From Camelus dromedarius (lineage: Eukaryota): a stretch of 64,000 bases of DNA. Positions 52,986 through 64,000 of the stretch are shown here, piece by piece (the stretch's first letter is position 1; each line of letters opens with the position of its first letter). The stretch is from the NCBI RefSeq assembly GCF_036321535.1, contig NC_087447.1:35218001-35282000 (forward strand), written 5' to 3'. The notes beneath the pieces were generated by a model that was not told the DNA's origin, did not search any database, and saw only the letters and a list, made by a program, of their open reading frames with translations. A program made the position numbers and the translations under genes.

Positions 52986-55900
52986 TTGCAAATATGTATG
53001 AGAGGAACATATACCCAATTTAATAGTGATTACCTGTGGTGATAGGATTACAGATGATTTGAATGATCTTTTTGTTTTCTGGATTATCTACAATAAATGC
53101 GTGTTTTGTAATGAGAAAAGCAGTTATTAAAAATGTTTTTCCAAGAGTTTATTCTCTATTAAACCACATTTATAAGTTAACATGGGAAAGTGTCAGGGGT
53201 GTTAGTGTGGGTAAAAATTAAAATATTTGTTATTTTCAATTTCTAGAATATGTGTACTATTTTTACTTAGTGTTAAAACTTTATAAATAAAAACTTATGC
53301 CTATGAATAATTAAATTTCAGTATTTTCTAATATTCATTATATCAAATATATACCTATTAAAAGTTTTGAGAAAGCCTGTCTGTACTATGTAATGCATAC
53401 CATACAACCCATATATCAGGAAACATGAATTAAAATCTGAGATAGATGGGAGAGGGTGTGTGGAGGGGGATAAGCAGATAATTACAAGACAGCTCTAAGT
53501 ATGTACATATATGGAGGACAGGCAGTGAGCAAGGACAGCTGATAAAGTAAGCCCTCAACTAACTGAGCTTACGGGAACAAATAAAAAGTATTAGGTTTGG
53601 AAAAGAACAAAAAATTTCTGAAATGGAAAGGTAAGGAAGAAAGATGAATGAAGGTGGGGAAACTGTAAAGTGGAGAATAAATTAGATTTAAATGGCTACT
53701 TTAAATCAGTTGGGAAAAACACATCCTCTTATGTAACTTATGTAAAACCATTCATATTAAAATCCACTTAGGGGGAGCTTTAAAAATATATCAGAGATAA
53801 GTTACTGAACACTGTGAATTACAAGTCAATGGTCTCACAGCTAACTTGCTTGGCAAACTTCCCTGGTCATCTGTAGCACTTCTGCTAATTGTACAAGGAA
53901 CAGTTTTAGGAAGTTCAATAGAACAGTGGGGGCAATCCTGTATCGACTTCTGTGACTTTTAGACTTTTTTTGACAGTGGTTCCTTGAGTGGCAAAAACTT
54001 CTTTCTAGTAGATCTCTGTAAGAGCCACAAAATACTTTGTTTACAAAATATATCTGTGCAGTTACATTTAAACAAAGTGGCTTGAAGTAGATCTAGCTTT
54101 ACTTGGAAGATTATTTACTTCATGAAATAATCTGCCATAAGACTTCTTTAAATAGCAAGATCCTCCAGTAAACTTATTAATTCATTTGCAGTTAAATATC
54201 TTCTTGCCTGAAGCTAAATGTACATACATGCCTTGCTCTGAGCCTCTGCACATTCTCCTCCTTTCCTATTAACTGGCTTTTACTCACTTTTTCAGTCTAC
54301 TCTAAGCTTCAAAGTTACCAGGCAAGGTCTCCTATCTTCTCTTTACAGCACTTACCACTATGGTAATACATTTTTAAAGTAATTCTTTTAATGCCTGTCT
54401 ACCCCGATAGACTGCAAGCTTCACTGAGAAGGGCAGAGGCTGCATGTGTTGTGCTCCTTGCAATACAGCACGCAGCAGCATGCTCTGGCCTATAGGAAGA
54501 GTTCAATAAATATCTGCGACATCTATTTAAGATCTCTGTTTTTAAAGGAATATAATCTTGGTGAGACCCAACAAGAAATCTTTGCACATACATCCTCAGC
54601 TAAACTCCTGGAAGCCCTGAAGTTCTCTATTAGAGTACCATTCCTCACAGATTCCAGTAACTGTCTTGTAAATAAATAAGGATAGGAAAAATTTGAAAAT
54701 ATTCAGGAGAAATCTTTCAACTTCCATTTTCTACATCCCGTATCTCTGCATTTCCATTACTTATATCCCCTTCCCCAATGTGCAGAAATAAATGGGGCAG
54801 AAAAAAAGGCAACAAGTGAAATAGAAACTCTTTATCACCCTCTAAAAGGAGGATTATTATTAGAGGACTTCTGTGTCTGCCAGTGAACAAAATGGAGATT
54901 TGGAATGCTGCTTGCCATCAGGCAATCCAAAAAAATTTTAACAATTCAGCACCAGAGGGAATAAGACCTTGAAAGTAGATAAAGAATGACCAGATATTGT
55001 TTTAAGGATAGTTACATACACAAGGAAGATGTTAAGGGGAATAACTGAGGTAGCAATTTTTAGATTAAGCACTTTTTCTTTTTACAGCAGTGCAGGGAGA
55101 GGCAGGAGGAGGAAAACGCCCCAGAGACGCAAGACAGAGAGAAATACATGCTCACATTCACTAATAAATACTGCATGCTAACAAGAGTACAATACCAAAA
55201 TTGAAAGAGCAATCAGTTGGTAATCAAAGTGGAGAAAGGAGGGACTATTGGATGCCTGACACTGCCACCTTGAAGACAGGAAAGACAGAAAAGAGTAAGG
55301 GACAAAGACACCTCAACCAGCAGTATCCATAAAGTAGAAATAGTGATCAAAATGCTAGGAAAGCACAAAGTACACCAGACGTTCCGATGGTAAGGAAAAA
55401 TCAGCAGCACAGGAAAGTAGGGCTAAAAGGTGTAAAGACAGACCAGCAGGGAGACAACATTAAGCCTTGAGGGCAGTACATACAGGAAGCAGCCACAACT
55501 GACAGGAGCTGAGCACTTGGTTCTTTATATTTAACTGAGTCTTCTCTCTTTGCACCAACCTTCTTAATATTTTTAAAGAGCTCTCTTTGCATTTGTGTGG
55601 GTTATTATTATTATTTTCTTGCATTAGCACTAGCATGTGTATTTAATAATACCTAGGAGAGACTCAAATCTATCAATGTGCTGCACTGTGAAGTGTCAGC
55701 TGAGTGAGAGTAGCAGCAGGTTTAATTGCCCCAAATTATCTTTCCCTCCTTTCCAAATGAGGGATTTAGGTCTGCTAAAAGGTACAAAGTTCTTTCCAGA
55801 GGCTAGTCCTTTTGTGAGCCGTAAGCCTGATACTAGAGGTTATCTTCCCCTCTGTTGTGACATCTCAATCTCATTTGTTCTAGTTGTGACTTTTACAAAG

Positions 55901-56806
55901 GGTCAAAGGGTTGGCAACTTGGCTTAGTTACCAAAGCTCAATTCAGTGGTTTTCAAACTGTTTCAAGAGGGAAGGCTGAGTGGGTGGGCTGGGCACTCTC
56001 AAATTCAATTCTACCAGAGCATGCTGCTTTATATACTGGGGTTCCCGTTCATGGGGACAAACTGTTCCACTCATCTATGGAGTCAAATACTTAACGCAAG
56101 GTATATTTTAAACCACTTGTTTTCTGTGTTTTAAAAACTGGGTCTTCTGATAGACAAAAGGCTAGGTCTTTTATCTTTCTTCTCCTCTCCCCCAGTTTTA
56201 CACCCCTGAAACGGGCGTTTAAGAGTCAACCTAATACACCCCCTTAATCAATTTAGCCTGAGAACGTGGGGGAATTTCTAAAATGATTATATACTTCTAT
56301 GTGTTGGCTGTCTATCTTAAAGATGATCAGATTGGCTACGGACCAAAACCTGGTGTGTGTGTGGTGAACTGGCACATGTGTTAAGAAGGTTTTAAGAGTG
56401 GCAGGATTGACAGGTGAAGCAAAAGGTGTGCGGACACTAAGGTGAAAGCTTTTCCCTTACAGAAACCGAAACACTCAACAGCACATTTTCTAACATTTTC
56501 TCTCTCCCCCGCCAGAGAGAGGCCTCCACGTCCTTCATTCTCAGGAGCCAAGTCTGATCTCAGCTTTGGGTAAATCTTTGAGTCCCTGCTCCCAGTAGAG
56601 GGGTAGGCTTCCCACAAGCAAGTAGATTAGGGGTCGCCTCTTCCCCCTTCAAGATAATAAAGAGCTACCGTGACGGCAGGCCTGAAAGCTGTGGCGATGG
56701 CAACAGAGACACAGGAAAAAGGGGCAGATTCCGCGCCGTCCCGCGGCCCCCAGGCCTGTCAGCTCCTCACCCACCCACCCATCCCTGTTCTTCGGTTTAA
56801 ACTTAC

Positions 56807-56975
56807 CAGGTGGGAGCTACGACCCTGGGCAGGGAGTAAGTAACTGGGCTGGATCGAGTTCCGCTGCGCTTCTCAAAGACGCTGCCGGGAAAGGGCAGAA
56901 ACCCAGTAGCCACCGCCGTCGCCGCCGCCTCTGTTACTGGGGGGTCTCGCCTCCATCGCTGGCTGCGAGAACTCT
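56807..56975 (-). other. GTF2H1: GTF2H1 non-coding exon 1 (5' end approximate)
   Basis: Donor CTG|gtaagt at 56806-56801 inside a CpG island upstream of the ATG exon. Confidence 0.75.
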
Positions 56976-57400
56976 GAGGGCACGTGACCGGAAGTACTAA
57001 GGCGGGTCTGCGAGGCACGTGACCCCAGAGCGCGGCCGCCATGACACCTTCCGCTAGTTACCTCCCTCCCCCGCTGGTGCCCGCCTGTTTCATTTCCTCT
57101 TGCCAGCTTTAAGTGGTGAGGGCTCCCAGGATCCTGGCTGGCTCACCCCTTTGGCCTAGAACTCCTCCGGTCCCGGTTGGCGTTGCATCTTCGGCCAGCA
57201 ATGGCCAGCTGACTGCAGGCCGCAGAGAGCGTAACTGTGACCGCGGCCTGAGGGGGAGGGACCACGCTCAAGCAGGGGCGTAGCCCATCACGTGATGAGG
57301 AAATGCCGTTAACAGCGTATTCCCAGCGTCCCCGACGCTCTGGGATGACGTAAGCCGTGAGAGGCGGGGCGGGAGGGGAAACTGAAGCTCCGGTGTGGCT
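56950..57400. promoter_or_regulatory. Bidirectional CpG-island promoter of GTF2H1 and HPS5
   Basis: CACGTGAC 56981-56988 and 57016-57023, ETS CCGGAAGT 56988-56995, YY1-like GCCGCCAT 57035-57042, CATCACGTGATG 57286-57297, TGACGTAA 57346-57353, GC box 57361-57370. Confidence 0.85.
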
Positions 57401-57411
57401 CACGGTGCGTG
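57300..57411 (+). other. HPS5: HPS5 non-coding exon 1 (5' end uncertain)
   Basis: Donor GTG|gtgagt at 57412-57417 at the edge of the CpG island. Confidence 0.6.
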
Positions 57412-58779
57412 GTGAGTGTCCCGGCGTCCACCTGGGAGAGAGTATGTGCTCCGCTGAAAATTCGGGGCTACTGGCCTGGAGATGGTGGAGCAGGGATGAG
57501 ACCTACGGGCTGCTGGTCTGTGAGCCTGACTTTGAAAACTTGATTACTGAGGCTCCTCTCCTTAAGAGATCTGAATACACTACTAAAGTTGCTGCTGTTA
57601 AAAAGTTAGGCAGGGAGCTTATGGGCAGGAACTGTCCCCAGTAGTGCATGCAAGGCATGTTGAATGCATGAATGAGCGAGTCGCCATTTCTCGGTCTGAG
57701 GTGGAGAGTTGTTCTCTATTACTTCTTGGGTGGAAAGAGCCCATTATAGAAATGAGGAAATCTACTTCCCTTTCGCATAGTATCTTTAATTGTTGCTCTC
57801 TGCCTTCTCTCTTTCGCTTCCTCTTCTTCCACGCACCCGGTGGGGAAAAGAGCGTGATTTGCATTGGATGTTCGAGCAGCAAACACTGGTCCATTAAAAG
57901 TAAAATGAGTATTAGGGCGATGAGAAAAGCCTTTTCTTGATCCTACTACTCATTTATGTTACCATCAAGTAATGCTGGGAAATGGAAAGATGACTAGATT
58001 TGGACTCAGAATTAGTGGATTCTAGTCTCAGCTCTACTTCTTATAAGCTCTGTGACCTTGGGCAAGCCAACTCTTCAGAAAGTTTTTTTCGTTGACTTTA
58101 GTGAGCATTTATGGCCACCTTCTATTTGTTTAGTGTTTTGCTAGGCTCGAGGTGTGTCAGACTTAACGGAAGTAGTAATTTACTCGGCATTGCAGGAAGA
58201 TAGGGTTATATTACATGGAGGAAGATTCAAGGATGTATTAAATCATGGAGCCACAGAAAGTTCATAGAATGAAAGAGGAATAAGAGCTCTGTATAGCTGT
58301 AGAATAGGACAGAGGATATGGTGGAGATGAAGATGGAAAAAGAAATAAGGGTAAGATCATAGATTATGTCAGGGTAAGTATTGTAAGTTTGTACAGAATT
58401 TCTTATTGTTAAGAAAGTACTTTAAAAAAGATCTTACCAGGAAAATTTCAAGCATAGACAGCAGTGGTATAACATAATGAACTTTCATGTACACCTAACG
58501 CAACTTTAACAATTATCAACATTCTGTCCTTGTTTGAATAGTTTTTTCAAATTTCTAGGTACTTTATACATCCATTGTCATATTTGGTTAATAGCAGCTT
58601 TCAATTTGAGCTTAATTCTACTGTATCTGGGTACTGGCTAGAAAGATTATACTCATTCTATATGAAAAATTCTTTGGGTTTTATTTAACTGCTTGCTCTG
58701 TTGAATCAAATGTGTGAGGAGGCTACTTTAAAAACACATCTGATGCTATTTTAGGAGATAGTATAGAAATGTGTTCAGA

Positions 58780-59250
58780 TCAAGAAAGTTAGTGCTTCAG
58801 CTCTATTCTGTGTATCCAGCTGCATAAGGAGTTTTATGTTCAGTTCTAGACACATTTTCAGGCAGACTGAAGTGTCTGAGTAGAAGGCTGACCAGAACAG
58901 AGAGGAATCTGTAAAGTGTCATGTCATGTTAAATTTTTAGAAGAACTTACAACAGTTTTCAAATACCAAACGACTGTTTTGGACGGAGTAAACATATTCC
59001 CTTAAACTGTAGAAGCCACAATTAGGAATAATTAATAAAAGCTACAAGTCATCAGGTTTCAGCACCACAGTAAAAAAAGGGTCATATAACAGTGAGAGCT
59101 GTGGAGGAGTGGAATGGGCAGCTTTGTGAGATGGAACACTTCCTTTCCCTCCCTGCAAATGTTCAGGGATCAAGGGTAAGACTAATTCCTGAATTGCATG
59201 ATTGTGTGCACTGAGTTACCTTTGAGTCTTCCATTTTGAGAATTCTGGGA
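58780..59250 (+). mobile_element. L3/CR1 LINE 3' fragment
   Basis: tgttcagttctagacac...aacagtgagagctgtggaggagtggaatgggcagctttgtgagatgg. Confidence 0.55.
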
Positions 59251-60184
59251 AATGGGACTTCTGGGCCTGAAAGGCTAGGCAGATTTTGGATAAGGAGACC
59301 TGGAGGGAACGGAGTCATTTCAGAGAGAACAAGCGCAAAGAAAAGTATAAATTTGGAGTTGGCTTAACAGCAGCTTCTCTTGAGAACTGACATTGTGCTG
59401 TTCTTTTTCCATTCTCATCTCCATTAAGTCTTTTTCAGAAAAATAGAAACTTACTAGGTTTTTTTACCCCATTAGATCATAAATTCCAGATTATTCTCTC
59501 TTCACTGAGATCAAGGGCAAATGGCCTATCCATCTCAGAGTTTGTTTTAAGATCATGAGTGGAAGAGACAGCCACTGTGGTCTCAATGTTATTCGTTTCT
59601 ATCTTCTTTAGGATCTTGTATGGTAATTGTATCTTCTTTTTCCTGTATCTTCAGTCCCTCTCATTCTAAAGACTTCTTTTAGCTACTGCCTACAAATCTG
59701 TTTATTGAGTCTCCCTTGCTCACAAGATCAAGAGAGGTTTTCTCCTTTTCCACCAGATTTCTTGAGTAAGTGAAGAGACATCTTTACTTCCTCACTATGC
59801 AACCCTTATCTCAAATCTTTGTTTTCTGGTGTCTGCCCACAGCACTTCACAGAAATTATGTGACCTCCCAACACTAAATCCTTCAGTGCCTTTCTGTTGC
59901 CTACTGAATTAAAAAAATTTTTTTTTGCCGAATTAAAATTTGGGTTCCTTGGTTTGAGATTCAGAGTGCTTTGTAACTTGTGCCTGAGTTACTATCCCAG
60001 CTTTAGTTTTCATTATTCCATGGCTTGTGTCCTGTGTTTCAACCAAGGACTAAACTTGTATTCTCCAAATATATCCACTGTATCTTTGCTTATTGCTGCC
60101 CTACCTGCTGTCCTTTCCCTTTTCCTTCTGATAAAAGCCTACTCAGGTCCAGGGCTACTTCACTACCACTTTCTGTGGTTACTT

Positions 60185-60331
60185 AATTTTTTTTTTAATT
60201 AACTAACTTTTTTAGTGGTGGGAGGTGATTAGATTTATTTACTAATTTTTTTTTTAATGGGGGCACTGGGGATTGAACTCAGGATCTTGTGCATGATAAG
60301 CTCTACCACTTGAGCTGTACCCTCCCCCCAG
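60185..60331 (-). mobile_element. tRNA-derived SINE (Vic-1-like) with 14-bp TSD
   Basis: Reverse complement ggggagggtacagctcaagtggtagag...gagttcaatccccagtgcc; TSD ttctgtggttactt at 60171-60184 and 60332-60345. Confidence 0.88.
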
Positions 60332-60421
60332 TTCTGTGGTTACTTTAAACTCAACGTGATTTGTCTGTCCTCTAAGTTCCAATGTATTACTTTGCTTATG
60401 TTTCCCTTATGAGGGCTCTGG

Positions 60422-60423
<2 letters not shown>

Positions 60424-60486
<63 letters not shown>
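60424..60486. repeat. (GT)n microsatellite, about 31 units
   Basis: Directly visible, uninterrupted. Confidence 0.97.
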
Positions 60487-60487
<1 letters not shown>

Positions 60488-60585
60488 TTTGTCTTTTTCT
60501 CCCCATATGATTATAAAGTGACTGATTTCTGGAATTACTTGATTTGTCTTGTTTGCACCACTGTGCCTCATATTCTGCTAGAAGC

Positions 60586-61058
60586 AGTCAACTTAGAGAA
60601 AGTCAAACAATATAACAGGTTAGAGTTTATTCAGGGTCTTGCTGAGAACTGTAACCTGGGAGATAGTCATTCAGTTAGCTCTGAGGAAACTGCTCTGAAG
60701 AGGTAGGGGAGAAGACAGTTTATATGAGATTTTTGGCTAGAAAATAAGTGCAGGCAAGCCTACATCTTGGTAAAAGATTATTGCTAATCATAAAGAACAG
60801 ATATCCAAGTGAATGATTTTAGTATGGGAAGATGCAAGAATCTGGGGAGATTAAACTTCTTCCTGGGATATACATCTAGTCTAGCGAGCTTAAGGGGGCT
60901 GCTTGTCCAAAGCAAGCGGTGCCTCATACTGTTGTGTTAATTTCCTCCCAGAGGGCACTGTCGATCAGCAACTGCAGTGGAGTACAACTTAACCCTTGTA
61001 GAACTGGATGGTGAGCAACACTGTTTGTCTTAGTAATCCTGATTTTTCTTCATCCACG
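60586..61058 (-). mobile_element. ERV LTR related to the 16.7-18.0 kb LTRs (more diverged)
   Basis: Shares agctctgagg..actgctctgaagaggtagggg, aaagatta.tg.taat, tatgggaagatg.aaga.tctgg and the catccac terminus with copy A. Confidence 0.7.
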
Positions 61059-61475
61059 GTACTTAATAAAATGACAAGTGGAAAGGCTGAGAAGACTTTA
61101 CTTAAGTTAGGAATTCTCACCTTTTATCCCGCAGCGTCCATTCCGCTTCTCCCACTGTTACATAAGTAGAGTGGGATAGGATCGTGGAGGGCCTTGAGAA
61201 TCTGGATTTTATTCTCTGGGAGTTTTAGAGTCAGGGAATGATATCGTACAAGCTGATGATTGCATATAATATTACCTCTGCATGTTTTCTTTCCACCTGG
61301 ATGCTAATCACCTCCAGAGTAGGGATCCTTGTCCCTTTCTCATGTTTCCCAATTTTCTCAACCTACACATTAAATACTTGCTGAATGAGTGGTGAGCGTC
61401 TTAAATCATATTTTTGCAGGTTTGATTCAGGAGTACTGTGCCTATTACTCAACGGAGTTTGAGCTTTCAGGCTAA

Positions 61476-61583
61476 ATGACCTTTGTGCCTGTGATACCGG
61501 AGTCCTACAGCCATGTTCTTGCAGAGTTCGAGTCTCTGGATCCATTACTTTCAGCCCTGAGGCTGGACTCCACTCGTCTAAAG
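61476..61583 (+). CDS. HPS5: HPS5 exon 2, coding part (exon starts ~61420)
   Basis: tttttgcag acceptor; ATG at 61476; AAG|gtgatt donor. Confidence 0.95.
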
Positions 61584-63570
61584 GTGATTTTCTTGATCTT
61601 TATGTCAGTTTTATTTTCATATTCATATTTTTGTGTGCTCTCTGTTGCATGCACCCGTGTTGTCTATGTTTTATGGAGTTTTGGGTGTTCTTGCCTGTGC
61701 TAGTAATACCTCACATAGGAGTAATACGTTCATAGATTTTCTTGATTTATTTTTTAATCAGTCATTTGAATTCTTCTTTCCCATCCTTGGAGACCATGAT
61801 ATTGATTGCTGAATTTTTTCCTTCTGATCTTGCTGTCTTCTCTCAGAAAGCAGTGTATTTGATTGAAAATAAAATAGATATAAATGAGTATACCCCATTG
61901 CATTTTGAGCAGTACAAACCACTGCAGGTATACTAAGTTCATTCCAAGACAAGGAGTCTGAAGTACCCTCTGTTTTAGGGAGCAGGGCTAAAAATTAGCT
62001 TTAAACCCAGGAATGACATAGTAAAGAACAGTCTCATAACCAATTCCAAAATAATTGCATTCTTACACTTTTGCTCCCACCCCAAAGCTCCTTTCCAGTC
62101 TCTGAGCAAAGGGAGAATGGAAAGTAATAGGCAAAGTAATATGAGCAACAATTGTAAAGGTTGATACCAGTTAGACATTCTTTAGTTGCAAGTTACAGAA
62201 AACCTTCTCAATAATGGCTTAAGCAATAAAGGTGTTTATAATTTTGTTGGAGGTTATTGTTTCTGGGTTTAGTGTAGTGGCCAGTGACGTTCCTGAGAAC
62301 CCAAGCTCTCCATCTTTCTTGTTCTACCATCATTTGTTCATTGGCTATTAGTCTCAGTTGCAAAGTAAGAGTCCTGGCTCCAGTCTTAATGTCTCCATTA
62401 GCATCTCAGGCAAAAAAGAGGGGGCCAAGGATAAAGACTTTCTTTTCTTCAGATTCTACCATTTATGTGGAAGGGTAAAGCTTTCTAGGAAACCCCAGCA
62501 GACTTAGCCTCATCAGCTGGATTTGAATCACAAGGCTTCCCCACAGTGCAAAAGAAACTAGGTAAATGAAGATGTAGGTTTTCCAGCTTCTATGGTGGGA
62601 AGCAACAAGGTCGAAGAGGGTTAGGAATGTCTGTTCGCCGACCAGTCATTTTTGCCACAAGGTTTTGGGCACAGTAGGGCCCCTGTTTTCTCTGGTAGAT
62701 AGGGGAGGAATCAGCAGGCTGAAGGTGTGGAGAGACATAGTGGTACGATGACCTGCATCTGTGTCCTGCAGGCTCACTTGCTCTCAGAGCTGTGAGTGTT
62801 TTGTGCCAGTTATGCAGACTAGAAATGGTATATGGGAGCAGATGATTAAAGTGGCTGCTTTATCCCCTGGAGACTTACTTGATCTTCCTGTGGTCAGCGC
62901 TGGAATGACCTAGCCCAATTACACGGAAGATGAATGGGCTAGTAGCTGGCTTTTGCCAATAGAAAGTTACTCATTTATACAATTGAGCCTATTCAGCCAT
63001 TTTGAGATTCAGTTAAACATTTAAAATCGACATGTTCTTCCTTCTGTGTCTTTCACTATTCTAGAATGAGAGTGTGAGTACCATGATGTTTGACAAGACA
63101 GTGGGTGGGGTAGGGGGAGGAACCTGACACAGATCTTCAGTATTTATTTCTAGTAGATAGTTTATTTGGTTAAGTGACTGTGGCAATCTCACACTTGCCT
63201 GTTTCTGTGTTTTTAGTGTACAAGCTTAGCTGTGTCTCGAAAATGGCTAGCCTTGGGCACTTCAGGAGGAGGACTCAATCTCATTCAGAAAGAAGGCTGG
63301 AAGCACAGGATTTTCCTTTCACACAGGGTAAGATTAAGGGGTAGCCCTGTCTTATACCATCCGTAGGGAGTATCTTTCATAAACGTGAATTTCTCCATTA
63401 CAAGTAATCACTTAGAATAAAAGAGTAATGTAAACCTTGAGATTGAAACATAAAACTTTACCCATTTTTGAGGAGCTGCCTAATATTTTACCTTCTGTGC
63501 TCTAGGAAGGTGCAATTTCTCAGGTCGCCTGTTGTTTACATGATGATGATTATGTTGCTGTAGCTACCAG
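61476..63570 (+). CDS. HPS5: BLOC-2 complex member HPS5, coding exons 2-4 (3'-truncated by window edge)
   Basis: Exons 61476-61583, 63217-63327 and 63506-63570 (108/111/65 nt) join in frame: [94 protein letters not shown]. Confidence 0.97.
62160..62660. mobile_element. MLT1-type (MaLR) LTR, old
   Basis: ttagttgcaagttacagaaaacc...tggcttaagcaataaagg...tttgccaca. Confidence 0.6.
63217..63327 (+). CDS. HPS5: HPS5 exon 3
   Basis: ttttag/gtaaga; [37 protein letters not shown]. Confidence 0.95.
63506..63570 (+). CDS. HPS5: HPS5 exon 4
   Basis: tctag/gtgaga; [21 protein letters not shown]. Confidence 0.95.
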
Positions 63571-63648
63571 GTGAGAAGCTGTGTTAAAACTATTTGATCT
63601 TTTCCAAAAGCTTTTTAAGTTGACAAATGTAGTTGTGTGTTTGTTAGG

Positions 63649-63765
63649 TAGTGTGACCAATCATCCTGATTTGCCTGGACCTGTCTCTGTTTTAGCACTG
63701 AAAGTCCCATGTTGTGGGAAACCTCTGAGACCCAAGTAAACTAGGACAGACAGTTGGTCACCCTT
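63649..63765. mobile_element. MER81-like non-autonomous hAT DNA transposon
   Basis: Terminal inverted repeats tagtgtgaccaa...ttggtcaccctt; ~117 bp. Confidence 0.7.
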
Positions 63766-64000
63766 GGGTTTGTGGAAAAGGCTAATATGAAGCAACAACA
63801 TTTCCGTGACCTTAAAAGAGAAAGGTAGCAGAGATAATTTAGAACATCTAAGTTGTCCTATTATGTTAGATTGGTGGACTAAAGCAAAGAAATTAATACC
63901 TTGACTTTCTACTTTATCTTTTCAGAAGAATAAGAGTTTGCATGTATATTTAATATAGTCAATACTGTGATCTTATTCACCATTGCCAAAAATTTGCTTC

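Noticed and set aside
57035..57060. GCCGCCATG Kozak-like ATG in the bidirectional promoter
   Set aside because: The plus-strand ORF is short and not linked to HPS5 exons; more plausibly a YY1-type motif.

Overview
Mammalian genomic DNA, probably camelid (tRNA-Ala-derived SINEs of the Vic-1 type; no Alu, Bov-A or PRE-1 recognised). The window holds the conserved HPS5-GTF2H1-LDHA block. (1) The 5' part of LDHA is on the minus strand: promoter, non-coding exon 1, an alternative coding first exon, and coding exons 2-6; the gene runs off the left edge. (2) A repeat-rich intergenic stretch of about 18 kb follows. (3) GTF2H1 (TFIIH p62) is complete on the minus strand, with 14 coding exons summing to 1647 nt (548 aa). 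(4) A CpG-rich bidirectional promoter precedes the first four exons of HPS5 on the plus strand, truncated at the right edge. I find no evidence of a new multi-gene system. The most unusual items are a TSD-flanked chimeric L1/non-L1 polyadenylated insertion nested in an older L1, a head-to-head pair of related solo LTRs, a tail-to-tail SINE pair, and an intact 29-aa N-terminal extension exon of LDHA. Repeat family names are from recognition only and need Dfam/RepeatMasker confirmation.
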